Positions 1 through 5,023 of a DNA stretch of 7,394 nt are shown piece by piece (positions within the stretch are counted from its first letter, which is position 1; every line of letters starts with the position of its first letter). The position numbers and the translations under genes were made by a program. The stretch comes from a virus. The DNA lies in the IMG/VR virus record IMGVR_UViG_3300036763_000250; one strand, given 5' to 3'. The notes beneath the pieces were generated by a model that was given only the letters and a program-made list of their open reading frames with translations, searched no databases and was not told where the DNA came from.

Positions 1-121
1 AGAAGTGCGTGACGTTTCGTTCGCACAGATGACCGCTGAGCAAAAAGCGCAACTAACTAGTTCGCTGCTCGGTTTCTTTTGCCTGATCTTCGTACTGATA
101 AAACTCAGGCGTATTACTTAA
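1..121 (+). CDS. 3' part (duplicate copy) of the small membrane protein gene annotated at 7257-7388
   Basis: Codons starting at nt 2 read EVRDVSFAQMTAEQKAQLTSSLLGFFCLIFVLIKLRRIT*. This is identical to the end of the 7179-7388 ORF. The stop TAA lies at 119-121 and overlaps the coat gene SD. Confidence 0.5.
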   Translation, partial: EVRDVSFAQMTAEQKAQLTSSLLGFFCLIFVLIKLRRIT

Positions 122-127
122 GGAGCT
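1..127. repeat. Terminal direct repeat copy 1 (identical to 7268-7394), a circularisation overlap
   Basis: A base-by-base comparison of 1-127 with 7268-7394 shows 127/127 identity. 127 is the largest default k-mer of common de Bruijn assemblers. Confidence 0.95.
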
Positions 128-132
128 ACACA

Positions 133-369
133 ATGAACAACTCTCTCGCCGCTCGTCTGCGTCAATCCAACATCGCCAAGGGTCTGGTGGCTGCTGGTAC
201 TGCCATTTTGGCCGCTCCCAGCTTCGCCGCTGTGACCACCATCGACACCGCTGACGCTACCGGCCAAGTTGCCGAAGGGGCCACCGCAGCCGGTGCCATT
301 GGTTTGGCTTTCATCGCGTTTGTCATCCTGATCGGCGTTCTGCTCAAGGTACGCCGCGCCGGCTCGTAA
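133..369 (+). CDS. Major coat protein precursor (g8p-like, Pf1-class)
   Basis: SD AAGGAG (120-125) sits 7 nt before ATG 133. The upstream extension to 79 overlaps the previous ORF and is unlikely to be used. The 78-aa precursor has a 32-aa leader ending PSFA|A. The 46-aa mature peptide has an acidic N-terminus (D, D, E), a continuous hydrophobic core (AAGAIGLAFIAFVILIGVLL) and a basic C-terminus (KVRRAGS). This is the canonical inovirus coat layout. From memory, the mature length equals that of Pf1 coat. A strong terminator follows the gene. Confidence 0.85.
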   Translation: MNNSLAARLRQSNIAKGLVAAGTAILAAPSFAAVTTIDTADATGQVAEGATAAGAIGLAFIAFVILIGVLLKVRRAGS

Positions 370-379
370 GTTTTGCCCA

Positions 380-413
380 GGCCCTGCCGGGTTTCCGGCT
401 GGGCCTTTTTTTT
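380..413 (+). terminator. Rho-independent terminator after the coat gene
   Basis: Arms GGCCCTGCCGG (380-390) and CCGGCTGGGCC (395-405) form an 11-bp stem with one T:T mismatch and loop GTTT. A run of 8 T (406-413) follows. A terminator directly after gene VIII is typical of Ff-like phages. Confidence 0.8.
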
Positions 414-428
414 GCCCGGAGAATTTTT

Positions 429-1925
429 ATGCGAGGACTAACGTCATGTTTTGGGCTGATCCGAATAACTGGGTGTGGCTTGTTCTTCTCGCTGGTTTTG
501 GCGCTCTTTGCGTCGGGCGCTAGTGCTGCGATTTATTCATGGACGCTTAGTTCCACAGGGGTGGGTGGATTTTCTACGCCATTTTCTGCATGTTCTTCTA
601 GGTCATATACAAACGGTCTCAAGTCTGTAACGCCAACTCAATTCAATTCAAATTCATTTGATTGTAATTCTGAGTTTGGACCTGGCTCTCCGGGTATTTT
701 TGATACTGTTATACGTTCTGGCGACTCATGCCCCCCTGATTACACTTACAATGCCGCTACCGGCGCATGTGATGCACCCGAAGCTGATCGTTGCGAGCCA
801 ACTATCGGTGTTGAGGTTAAACATAGGCATAGGGCAGGGGAGTTCACTGGCGCGGGTGTTATTGGTGGTCGCGTTGATCCTCCTGGGTCTGTTTGTAAAG
901 ATCAGTGTCAATACGCTTTTAGCTTCAAGCCTGCTGTTGAAGCCTATCGTTTTGAGAATGGTGATCCTAGCGGCGCATTCTTAGCCTATATATATCGCGG
1001 CAATGGTGTTTCATGTGCTGCTAGCGAGCCTGAGCTTGTTCCTCCTGGCGATACAACGCCTAGTTCTGATCAGCAATCGCAGTGCACTAATAAGGTTGTC
1101 CATGCCGATGGAAGTCAGACTTTTGATTGTCGCTTGACTGAAGTATCAAAAGAGCCGGGCATTGTTGAATGCAGTTATGGTCAAGTCGGTGGCGAGCCCG
1201 TTTGTATTGCTAAGACACCCAAGCCAAAGTTAAACGACAAGACCACAGACACTACCGTCGAAGAAAAAACCAACCCTGATGGTTCCAAAGACAACACCAC
1301 TACGACAACGACCACAACGACCAATTGCAGCGGAGTTAACGCCTGCTCTACCAGCACAACCACCAACGTAACCAATAACAAAACCAATGCAGACGGTACG
1401 CCTGGCGACACTTCCAGCAGCTGCACCGGCAAGGGCTGCAAGGGTGGCGGCGATGGCTCTGGTGATCCTGAGGAAGAAGAGCCAGAGGATGAATCTCTGG
1501 TGACTGGCGATTCAGTCTGTGAGGCGCCACCGGCCTGCAAGGGTGACGCTATTCAATGCGCAATTCTTCGCCAGACCCACAAATCACGCTGTGACCAAGC
1601 AGATTTTCAAGACCTCAGCGCCGACAAGGTGGATGCAGCAAAAACGACTCTCGATAGCGAGTTTGCTGGTGATGATTACTCTCCCCTTAGCGCTGGTGAT
1701 TCCGGCACTTTTGATATGGCGGGGATGATTGATACCAGTTCCAGCATCACCGGTAGTTGCCCGGCTTTGCCCGATATCGTCTTTAGCATTGGCGGTCATT
1801 CTGGCAGCTTTAGTTTTACCCAGTGGATGGCTGAGCTTTGTAAATATGCCGTCTGGTTTTCCTACCTTTTGGTGGCCTTCGCCATGCGTGGCGCTGCTGA
1901 AATTGTTGCGAAGGGGCTCACCTGA
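429..1925 (+). CDS. Minor coat / host-adsorption protein (g3p-like, CoaA/OrfU position)
   Basis: SD GGAG (418-421) sits 7 nt before the ATG. The N-terminal signal peptide is ...LALFASGASA|A. A Cys-rich N-terminal region is followed by a low-complexity Thr/Asn/Gly/acidic linker (NTTTTTTTTTN..GGGDGSGDPEEEEPEDE). A C-terminal hydrophobic anchor (YAVWFSYLLVAFAM) follows the linker. It is the largest structural ORF and lies immediately after the coat gene, as g3p does in all inoviruses. Confidence 0.75.
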   Translation: MRGLTSCFGLIRITGCGLFFSLVLALFASGASAAIYSWTLSSTGVGGFSTPFSACSSRSYTNGLKSVTPTQFNSNSFDCNSEFGPGSPGIFDTVIRSGDSCPPDYTYNAATGACDAPEADRCEPTIGVEVKHRHRAGEFTGAGVIGGRVDPPGSVCKDQCQYAFSFKPAVEAYRFENGDPSGAFLAYIYRGNGVSCAASEPELVPPGDTTPSSDQQSQCTNKVVHADGSQTFDCRLTEVSKEPGIVECSYGQVGGEPVCIAKTPKPKLNDKTTDTTVEEKTNPDGSKDNTTTTTTTTTNCSGVNACSTSTTTNVTNNKTNADGTPGDTSSSCTGKGCKGGGDGSGDPEEEEPEDESLVTGDSVCEAPPACKGDAIQCAILRQTHKSRCDQADFQDLSADKVDAAKTTLDSEFAGDDYSPLSAGDSGTFDMAGMIDTSSSITGSCPALPDIVFSIGGHSGSFSFTQWMAELCKYAVWFSYLLVAFAMRGAAEIVAKGLT

Positions 1926-2239
1926 TGCCGGCAGTTATCGCGTTATTCCTACGTTTACTCGGGGCGTCTCTTGTTCCGCTAGGTTGGCGGTTGTTGCGTG
2001 GTCTTGGCTTTGCCGCGTTCACGTTTACCGGCATTCAATTGATGATGGATCAGGCCAAGGACTACGTATTTCAGCAGCTCCTTTCCTTGCCTTCTGAGTG
2101 GGTGCAGATGATTGGTCTGCTCAAACTCGATGTCTGTTTCAACATCTTGTTTTCAGCCTATGTTGCCCGTGCCGTCCTGTGGGGCATGAATCAAGCGACA
2201 GGCAGTAAATCCGGCGTTCGCTGGGGAGGAGGGGCCTAA
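1925..2239 (+). CDS. g6p-like minor coat / membrane protein (Ace position)
   Basis: The 104-aa protein has several hydrophobic segments. It lies between the g3p-like and Zot-like genes. Its start overlaps the g3p stop (TGATG) and its stop overlaps the zot start (TAATG). Confidence 0.6.
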   Translation: MPAVIALFLRLLGASLVPLGWRLLRGLGFAAFTFTGIQLMMDQAKDYVFQQLLSLPSEWVQMIGLLKLDVCFNILFSAYVARAVLWGMNQATGSKSGVRWGGGA

Positions 2240-3453
2240 TGCTTATTCTGAGAACTGGCCTGCCGGGCTCTGGAAAAACGCTCAACACCATCCGCGAAAT
2301 TGAGCTTGAACATGGTCCAGATCCTAAGAACCCTGCAAAGGAGCTTCGGACGGTTTACTACTACGGAATTCCCGACCTCGACTTAGACAAGCTGGGTTGC
2401 AACTGGGTCGAATTCGACACGCCGGATGAGTGGTACAACCTGCCAGACGGCTCCGTCATCGTCATGGACGAGGCTCAGCGGGTTTTTGGTGCGCAGGATG
2501 GCCGCAAGGCACGACCCGAGAAGGTCGCCCGCTTCGAGACTCACCGTCACCAGGGCTTCGATATCCACCTGATCACGCAGCACCCCAGCTTGATCATGAG
2601 CCACGTCAGGAAGCTGGTCGGCAAGCACATCAACATGTACCGGCCTTACGGTGGAAAGCGCCTGCTGCGGCATGAATACGAGTTTTGTATCGACAGCCCG
2701 GAGAAGCGCAGTCAGTTCAAGCTTGCCCAGGAGCGCCGTGTAAAGCTCGATGCGAAGTACTTCGGTGTCTACAAGTCCGCCACGGTGCACACGCACAAAT
2801 TCAAGTTGCCAAATTACGTGTGGTACATCCCGCCGCTGGTTCTGTTCATTGGCGCAGCTGCCGTATATGTGACGTCGCTTTACAGTCCAAAGGATGCGCC
2901 TCCGATCGCTGATGCTGCCGTTGATTCGGTTCCTGTTGCGGGTTCCGATTTGAATGCAAAGCCCACTGCAGTATCTGCACCAGGTGCTCAGCAAGCTCCG
3001 TTGACGCCAGAGCAGTACGCCGAAAGCTTTAGCCCCAGGATTTCAGATGTGCCGTCCAGCGCTCCGCGTTATGACAGCCTGACAGAGCCGAAGTCCTTCC
3101 CGCGGCTTACCTGTGTGTCCAGTTTTGACCCTCTGCTGATCGACAAGCTTTATCGTCGTGGTGCGCCGGTTGGTCAGACTGATGGCAGGCAGTACGCTTG
3201 CCAGTGCTACACGCAGCAAATGACGCGCCACGACACCAGCGCGGAATTCTGTATGTCTGTGGTTGAGAATGGCTACTTTGATGACACGCTGCCTGACAAG
3301 CTCGCTGCCACGCAGCACGTGTTCAACTCAGATCGACAACAACCGGCTGCTGCAACAGGGCGAGTGCCCGCAGCCCAGATGCCGCAGCCGGCAGCCAACT
3401 ACGTCCCGGCGGTAACGGTGGTTAATTCTGGCAAGCCTGGGCACCTTTGGTAA
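2239..3453 (+). CDS. Zot-like assembly ATPase (g1p family)
   Basis: SD GGAGGAGG lies upstream. The N-terminal Walker A motif is GLPGSGKT (aa 7-14) and the Walker B-like motif is VIVMDEAQ. A single TM helix (WYIPPLVLFIGAAAVYVTSLY, about aa 195-215) is followed by a Pro/Ala-rich, Cys-containing periplasmic C-terminal domain. This is the standard Zot/pI topology and position. Confidence 0.9.
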   Translation: MLILRTGLPGSGKTLNTIREIELEHGPDPKNPAKELRTVYYYGIPDLDLDKLGCNWVEFDTPDEWYNLPDGSVIVMDEAQRVFGAQDGRKARPEKVARFETHRHQGFDIHLITQHPSLIMSHVRKLVGKHINMYRPYGGKRLLRHEYEFCIDSPEKRSQFKLAQERRVKLDAKYFGVYKSATVHTHKFKLPNYVWYIPPLVLFIGAAAVYVTSLYSPKDAPPIADAAVDSVPVAGSDLNAKPTAVSAPGAQQAPLTPEQYAESFSPRISDVPSSAPRYDSLTEPKSFPRLTCVSSFDPLLIDKLYRRGAPVGQTDGRQYACQCYTQQMTRHDTSAEFCMSVVENGYFDDTLPDKLAATQHVFNSDRQQPAAATGRVPAAQMPQPAANYVPAVTVVNSGKPGHLW

Positions 3454-3462
3454 AAGCCAATG

Positions 3463-3551
3463 CTTCGCATAATGCGTAACGTTACGTTAAGTCGGCTCCG
3501 GAAAATGCTGTAAGCTCCGGGGGCGATTTAGACGTAACGTCCATTATGCGA
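3463..3551. other. Putative XerC/XerD-dependent attP: two dif-like sites in inverted orientation, foldable into a forked hairpin on the + ssDNA
   Basis: Site A (+ strand, 3464-3492) reads TTCGCATAA-TGCGTAACG-TTACGTTAAGT. Site B (reverse complement of 3525-3551) reads TCGCATAA-TGGACG-TTACGTCTAAAT. Compare dif, GGTGCGCATAA-TGTATA-TTATGTTAAAT. The pairings are 3465-3474/3542-3551, 3479-3487/3532-3540 and 3488-3494/3524-3530. An internal loop falls at the central-region position. Confidence 0.6.
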
Positions 3552-3778
3552 TGCCCCTCCTAGACCTCCCTGAATATCTGTTACGTGACGCACGACTCTA
3601 TGCCCCTGGTCGTGATGATCTGGGTGCTGTCCTGCATTTGCTCGAGGACTACGGCCGGCTTGTCGGTGAGCTTCGCCAGGTGCGCCGCCGGCTAGCGCAA
3701 TTGGACGAGGAGGGCGCTGCCTTGGATGCCCGTCTAGCGGCCCTTCAGGACGCCTGCCGGGCGATTCTGGAGCTTTAG
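3551..3778 (+). CDS. Hypothetical 75-aa protein, predicted helical / coiled-coil (Leu/Arg/Ala/Asp-rich)
   Basis: This is the only long ORF in the interval. First codon positions are G-rich, as in coding sequence, and there is a heptad-like LxxLxxxL pattern (ELRQVRRRLAQLDEEGAALDARLAALQDA). No recognisable SD precedes it. The ATG abuts the attP-like arm. The stop TAG (3776-3778) overlaps the stop of the convergent gene. Confidence 0.45.
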   Translation: MPLLDLPEYLLRDARLYAPGRDDLGAVLHLLEDYGRLVGELRQVRRRLAQLDEEGAALDARLAALQDACRAILEL

Positions 3779-4311
3779 ACGCACCCGTCTTCCACGAGCC
3801 TGTATTGCTTGTTGCTCCCTGCGATCTTGTTATCGATAACTCGATCTAGCTGCCGGCTCGCTTCCTCTCCGTAGATCCCCGCAACCAGGTTCTGCCATTT
3901 CCCCGACCCAGTCCGCGCCTGTAGCGTGTAGGTCTTGTCCTCGGGCAGCTCTGCTGCTGGTTGATCGCGGTGGCGTTTCACCTTTGCCGGTTTTTCGTTA
4001 CGTTGCGCTAGCTTTGTATCGGCCTCTTGGATCATTCGCGCCTGCTCTACGATTACCCGGGCGTACTTCCTGTTTTCGGCCTTCGCCTGGTCTAGTTCCT
4101 TGGCTAGTGAGTCGATTTGTGCTGCCAGGGCGCGCGCGTCTTCCCATGTCGTTCCGGTCTCTGGTTTTTCGTTACGTTGCGCTTTTTGCCGTTCGCGGTA
4201 CAGCCGCTGCCGCTCGGCATTGCTGAGCGCCTGGCCTGTGGCCGGACGCCCGCGACCGCGCTTCTCGTCCAGGGGCAGGGATTGGGTTTGCTTTTCCAGG
4301 TGGTCGATCAT
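3775..4311 (-). CDS. Hypothetical 178-aa protein with a basic AT-hook-like N-terminus (KRGRGRPATG...AERQRLYRERQ), a central coiled coil and a small C-terminal domain; putative DNA-binding
   Basis: The preferred start is ATG 4311 (MIDHLEKQ...), with GGAG 8 nt upstream. The ORF-track start at 4371 would lie upstream of the TATAAT box. The protein has a charged helical middle, contains AQRNEKP twice exactly 58 aa apart, and has no TM segment. I do not recognise a family. Confidence 0.65.
   Translation of the reverse strand: MIDHLEKQTQSLPLDEKRGRGRPATGQALSNAERQRLYRERQKAQRNEKPETGTTWEDARALAAQIDSLAKELDQAKAENRKYARVIVEQARMIQEADTKLAQRNEKPAKVKRHRDQPAAELPEDKTYTLQARTGSGKWQNLVAGIYGEEASRQLDRVIDNKIAGSNKQYRLVEDGCV
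3989..4009. repeat. Exact 21-bp repeat, copy 1 (GGTTTTTCGTTACGTTGCGCT) inside the 178-aa gene
   Basis: It is identical to 4163-4183, 174 bp (58 codons) away. On the minus strand it contains the core CGTAACGAAAAAC. Confidence 0.9.
4163..4183. repeat. Exact 21-bp repeat, copy 2 (GGTTTTTCGTTACGTTGCGCT) inside the 178-aa gene
   Basis: It is identical to 3989-4009. A third copy of its 3' 9-mer, CGTTGCGCT, lies in the 5' UTR at 4328-4336. Confidence 0.9.
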
Positions 4312-4344
4312 GGTGTCAGCTCCATTGCGTTGCGCTATGGAGTA

Positions 4345-4350
4345 ATTATA
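4345..4350 (-). promoter_or_regulatory. Candidate -10 box (perfect TATAAT on the minus strand) for the 178-aa gene
   Basis: The reverse complement of ATTATA at 4345-4350 is TATAAT, 33 nt upstream of ATG 4311. The -35 region is weak (TGGTGT) and is overlapped by iteron 1. Confidence 0.45.
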
Positions 4351-4354
4351 GTTA

Positions 4355-4441
4355 CGTAACGATAAATACACCAGCGTAACGTAACGATAAATACGACCGT
4401 TCGTCGGCTATTTGTAACGCCATGCGCGTAACGACAAATCA
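4355..4441 (+). repeat. Three direct iteron-like repeats CGTAACGA(T/C)AAAT(A/C) at 4355-4369, 4380-4394 and 4427-4441, plus an extra CGTAACG at 4375
   Basis: CGTAACGATAAATAC occurs twice exactly, 25 bp apart. CGTAACGACAAATCA is a third, degenerate copy. All lie immediately upstream of, or overlapping, the putative promoter of the minus-strand 178-aa gene. Confidence 0.8.
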
Positions 4442-4548
4442 ACTCGGATTCGCCCCGAGCCCGGCCCCAGGCCGCCCCTTTACTGTCCAACCCGCCTTTC
4501 GCTCTCCGTGGTCATAGGCTCAGCCGCGTGCGGTACACCCGCACATTT

Positions 4549-4625
4549 GCGATCGGCCCGGAGGGGCGAGGGGCGAAGCCCTGCCTTTGGGTGCCTCGAT
4601 CTGGCGCCCGGAGGGGTGGGGGTGC
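4549..4625 (+). repeat. Imperfect ~25-nt direct repeat containing GCCCGGAGGGG (4556-4566 and 4606-4616), G-tract rich
   Basis: Copy 1 is GCGATCGGCCCGGAGGGGCGAGGGGCG and copy 2 is TCGATCTGGCGCCCGGAGGGGTGGGGGTG. No ORF of 60 aa or more is present on either strand. Confidence 0.7.
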
Positions 4626-4639
4626 TGTAACACCCCCAC
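4616..4639 (+). other. Perfect 9-bp GC-rich hairpin (GTGGGGGTG ctgtaa CACCCCCAC)
   Basis: The arms are exactly complementary, the loop is 6 nt, and TTTGG follows on the + strand. Confidence 0.75.
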
Positions 4640-4643
4640 TTTG

Positions 4644-4664
4644 GTATGCAATCGCATACTTTTT
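4644..4664 (+). terminator. Terminator-like hairpin on the + strand (GTATGC aatc GCATAC + TTTTT)
   Basis: The 6-bp perfect stem has a 4-nt loop and is followed by 5 T. The T-run follows the stem only in + orientation, although the nearest gene (XRE) is on the minus strand. Confidence 0.5.
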
Positions 4665-4666
4665 GG

Positions 4667-4996
4667 CTATCTGAGTGCTTCTTGCTCGTAGCCGAACAGG
4701 ACTCCTTTTAGAGCAATTTTTGCCTGATTCCTGATATCTGCGGGCAGTGCATCGAAGCGCTTCAAAATCGGTGCTATGTCTTCGGATACTGACCGTTCTT
4801 GTTCGTCTAGCAGTAACTCATCAGTCGTTGTCCCGAGTACTTTCGCTAGGGCTACAACGGTGTCACCTGCTGGAATAGCCTTGCCGGCCTCGTATGACAC
4901 GTAGCTTGATTTGCTGACGTGGGCAGCCTCCCACACATGGCGTTGAGTCAGCTTTTTAGCCTTTCTGCACGCCTTGAGGTTCTCGGCGATTGTCAT
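4667..4996 (-). CDS. XRE-family (Cro/CI-type HTH) transcriptional repressor; candidate phage lysogeny/immunity repressor (RstR / Pf4r position)
   Basis: The HTH_3-like signature is LKACRKAKKLTQRHVWEAAHVSKSSYVSYEAGKAIP. The gene is divergent from the Rep gene. The preferred start is ATG 4996, with GAGGA 7 nt upstream (109 aa). The alternative ATG 5023 would add 9 aa. Confidence 0.85.
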   Translation of the reverse strand: MTIAENLKACRKAKKLTQRHVWEAAHVSKSSYVSYEAGKAIPAGDTVVALAKVLGTTTDELLLDEQERSVSEDIAPILKRFDALPADIRNQAKIALKGVLFGYEQEALR

Positions 4997-5023
4997 GGCT
5001 CTATCCTCTTGATCGGTGTTCAT

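Noticed and set aside
79-132. N-terminal extension of the coat ORF (MPDLRTDKTQAYYLRSYT...) given by the ORF track
   Set aside because: It overlaps the end of the upstream small-protein ORF and has no SD. ATG 133 has a perfect AAGGAG at the right distance and yields a normal signal peptide.
162-347. 61-aa minus-strand ORF antisense to the coat gene
   Set aside because: It is a shadow ORF fully inside a well-supported gene, with no SD and a low-complexity Ala-rich translation.
658-1799. Several ORFs overlapping the g3p-like gene (658-984 +, 726-911 -, 1181-1540 -, 1348-1530 -, 1519-1728 +, 1584-1799 -)
   Set aside because: All are alternative-frame or antisense shadows of the 498-aa ORF. The 1181-1540 ORF mirrors the Thr/Gly repeats (poly-Val/Ser). 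None has start signals.
1729-2097. 122-aa + strand ORF spanning the g3p/g6p junction
   Set aside because: It is out of frame with both well-supported, translationally coupled genes and has no independent signal.
2383-2994. 203-aa minus-strand ORF, plus the 2430-2675 and 2685-2912 + ORFs, inside the Zot-like gene
   Set aside because: The Zot frame carries Walker A/B and TM features. The others are shadow frames with Arg/Ala-rich compositional translations.
3043-3318. 91-aa minus-strand ORF within the 3' part of the Zot-like gene
   Set aside because: It is antisense to the continuous zot reading frame, with no SD or promoter evidence.
3984-4359. Three + strand ORFs (3984-4226, 4100-4345, 4117-4359) antisense to the 178-aa gene
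   Set aside because: Their translations are Arg/Ser/Pro/Ala-rich, typical of the antisense of a GC-rich gene. The minus-strand frame has an SD, a TATAAT promoter and a coherent charged coiled-coil protein.
4312-4371. ORF-track start of the minus-strand gene at 4371 (MYLSLRNYNYSIAQRNGADT...)
   Set aside because: That start lies upstream of the TATAAT box and inside the iteron array. ATG 4311 has a GGAG SD.
4445-4467. tRNA T-arm-like stem-loop (CTCGG attcgcc CCGAG) that might mark a tRNA-type attP
   Set aside because: The loop does not match the TTCRA T-loop consensus. No acceptor or anticodon arms are nearby, and no integrase is present.
4556-4624. Possible G-quadruplex from the GGGG tracts
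   Set aside because: The four tracts come as two pairs about 40 nt apart, and the second pair is already sequestered in a perfect hairpin. Nothing supports a G4 over duplex hairpins.
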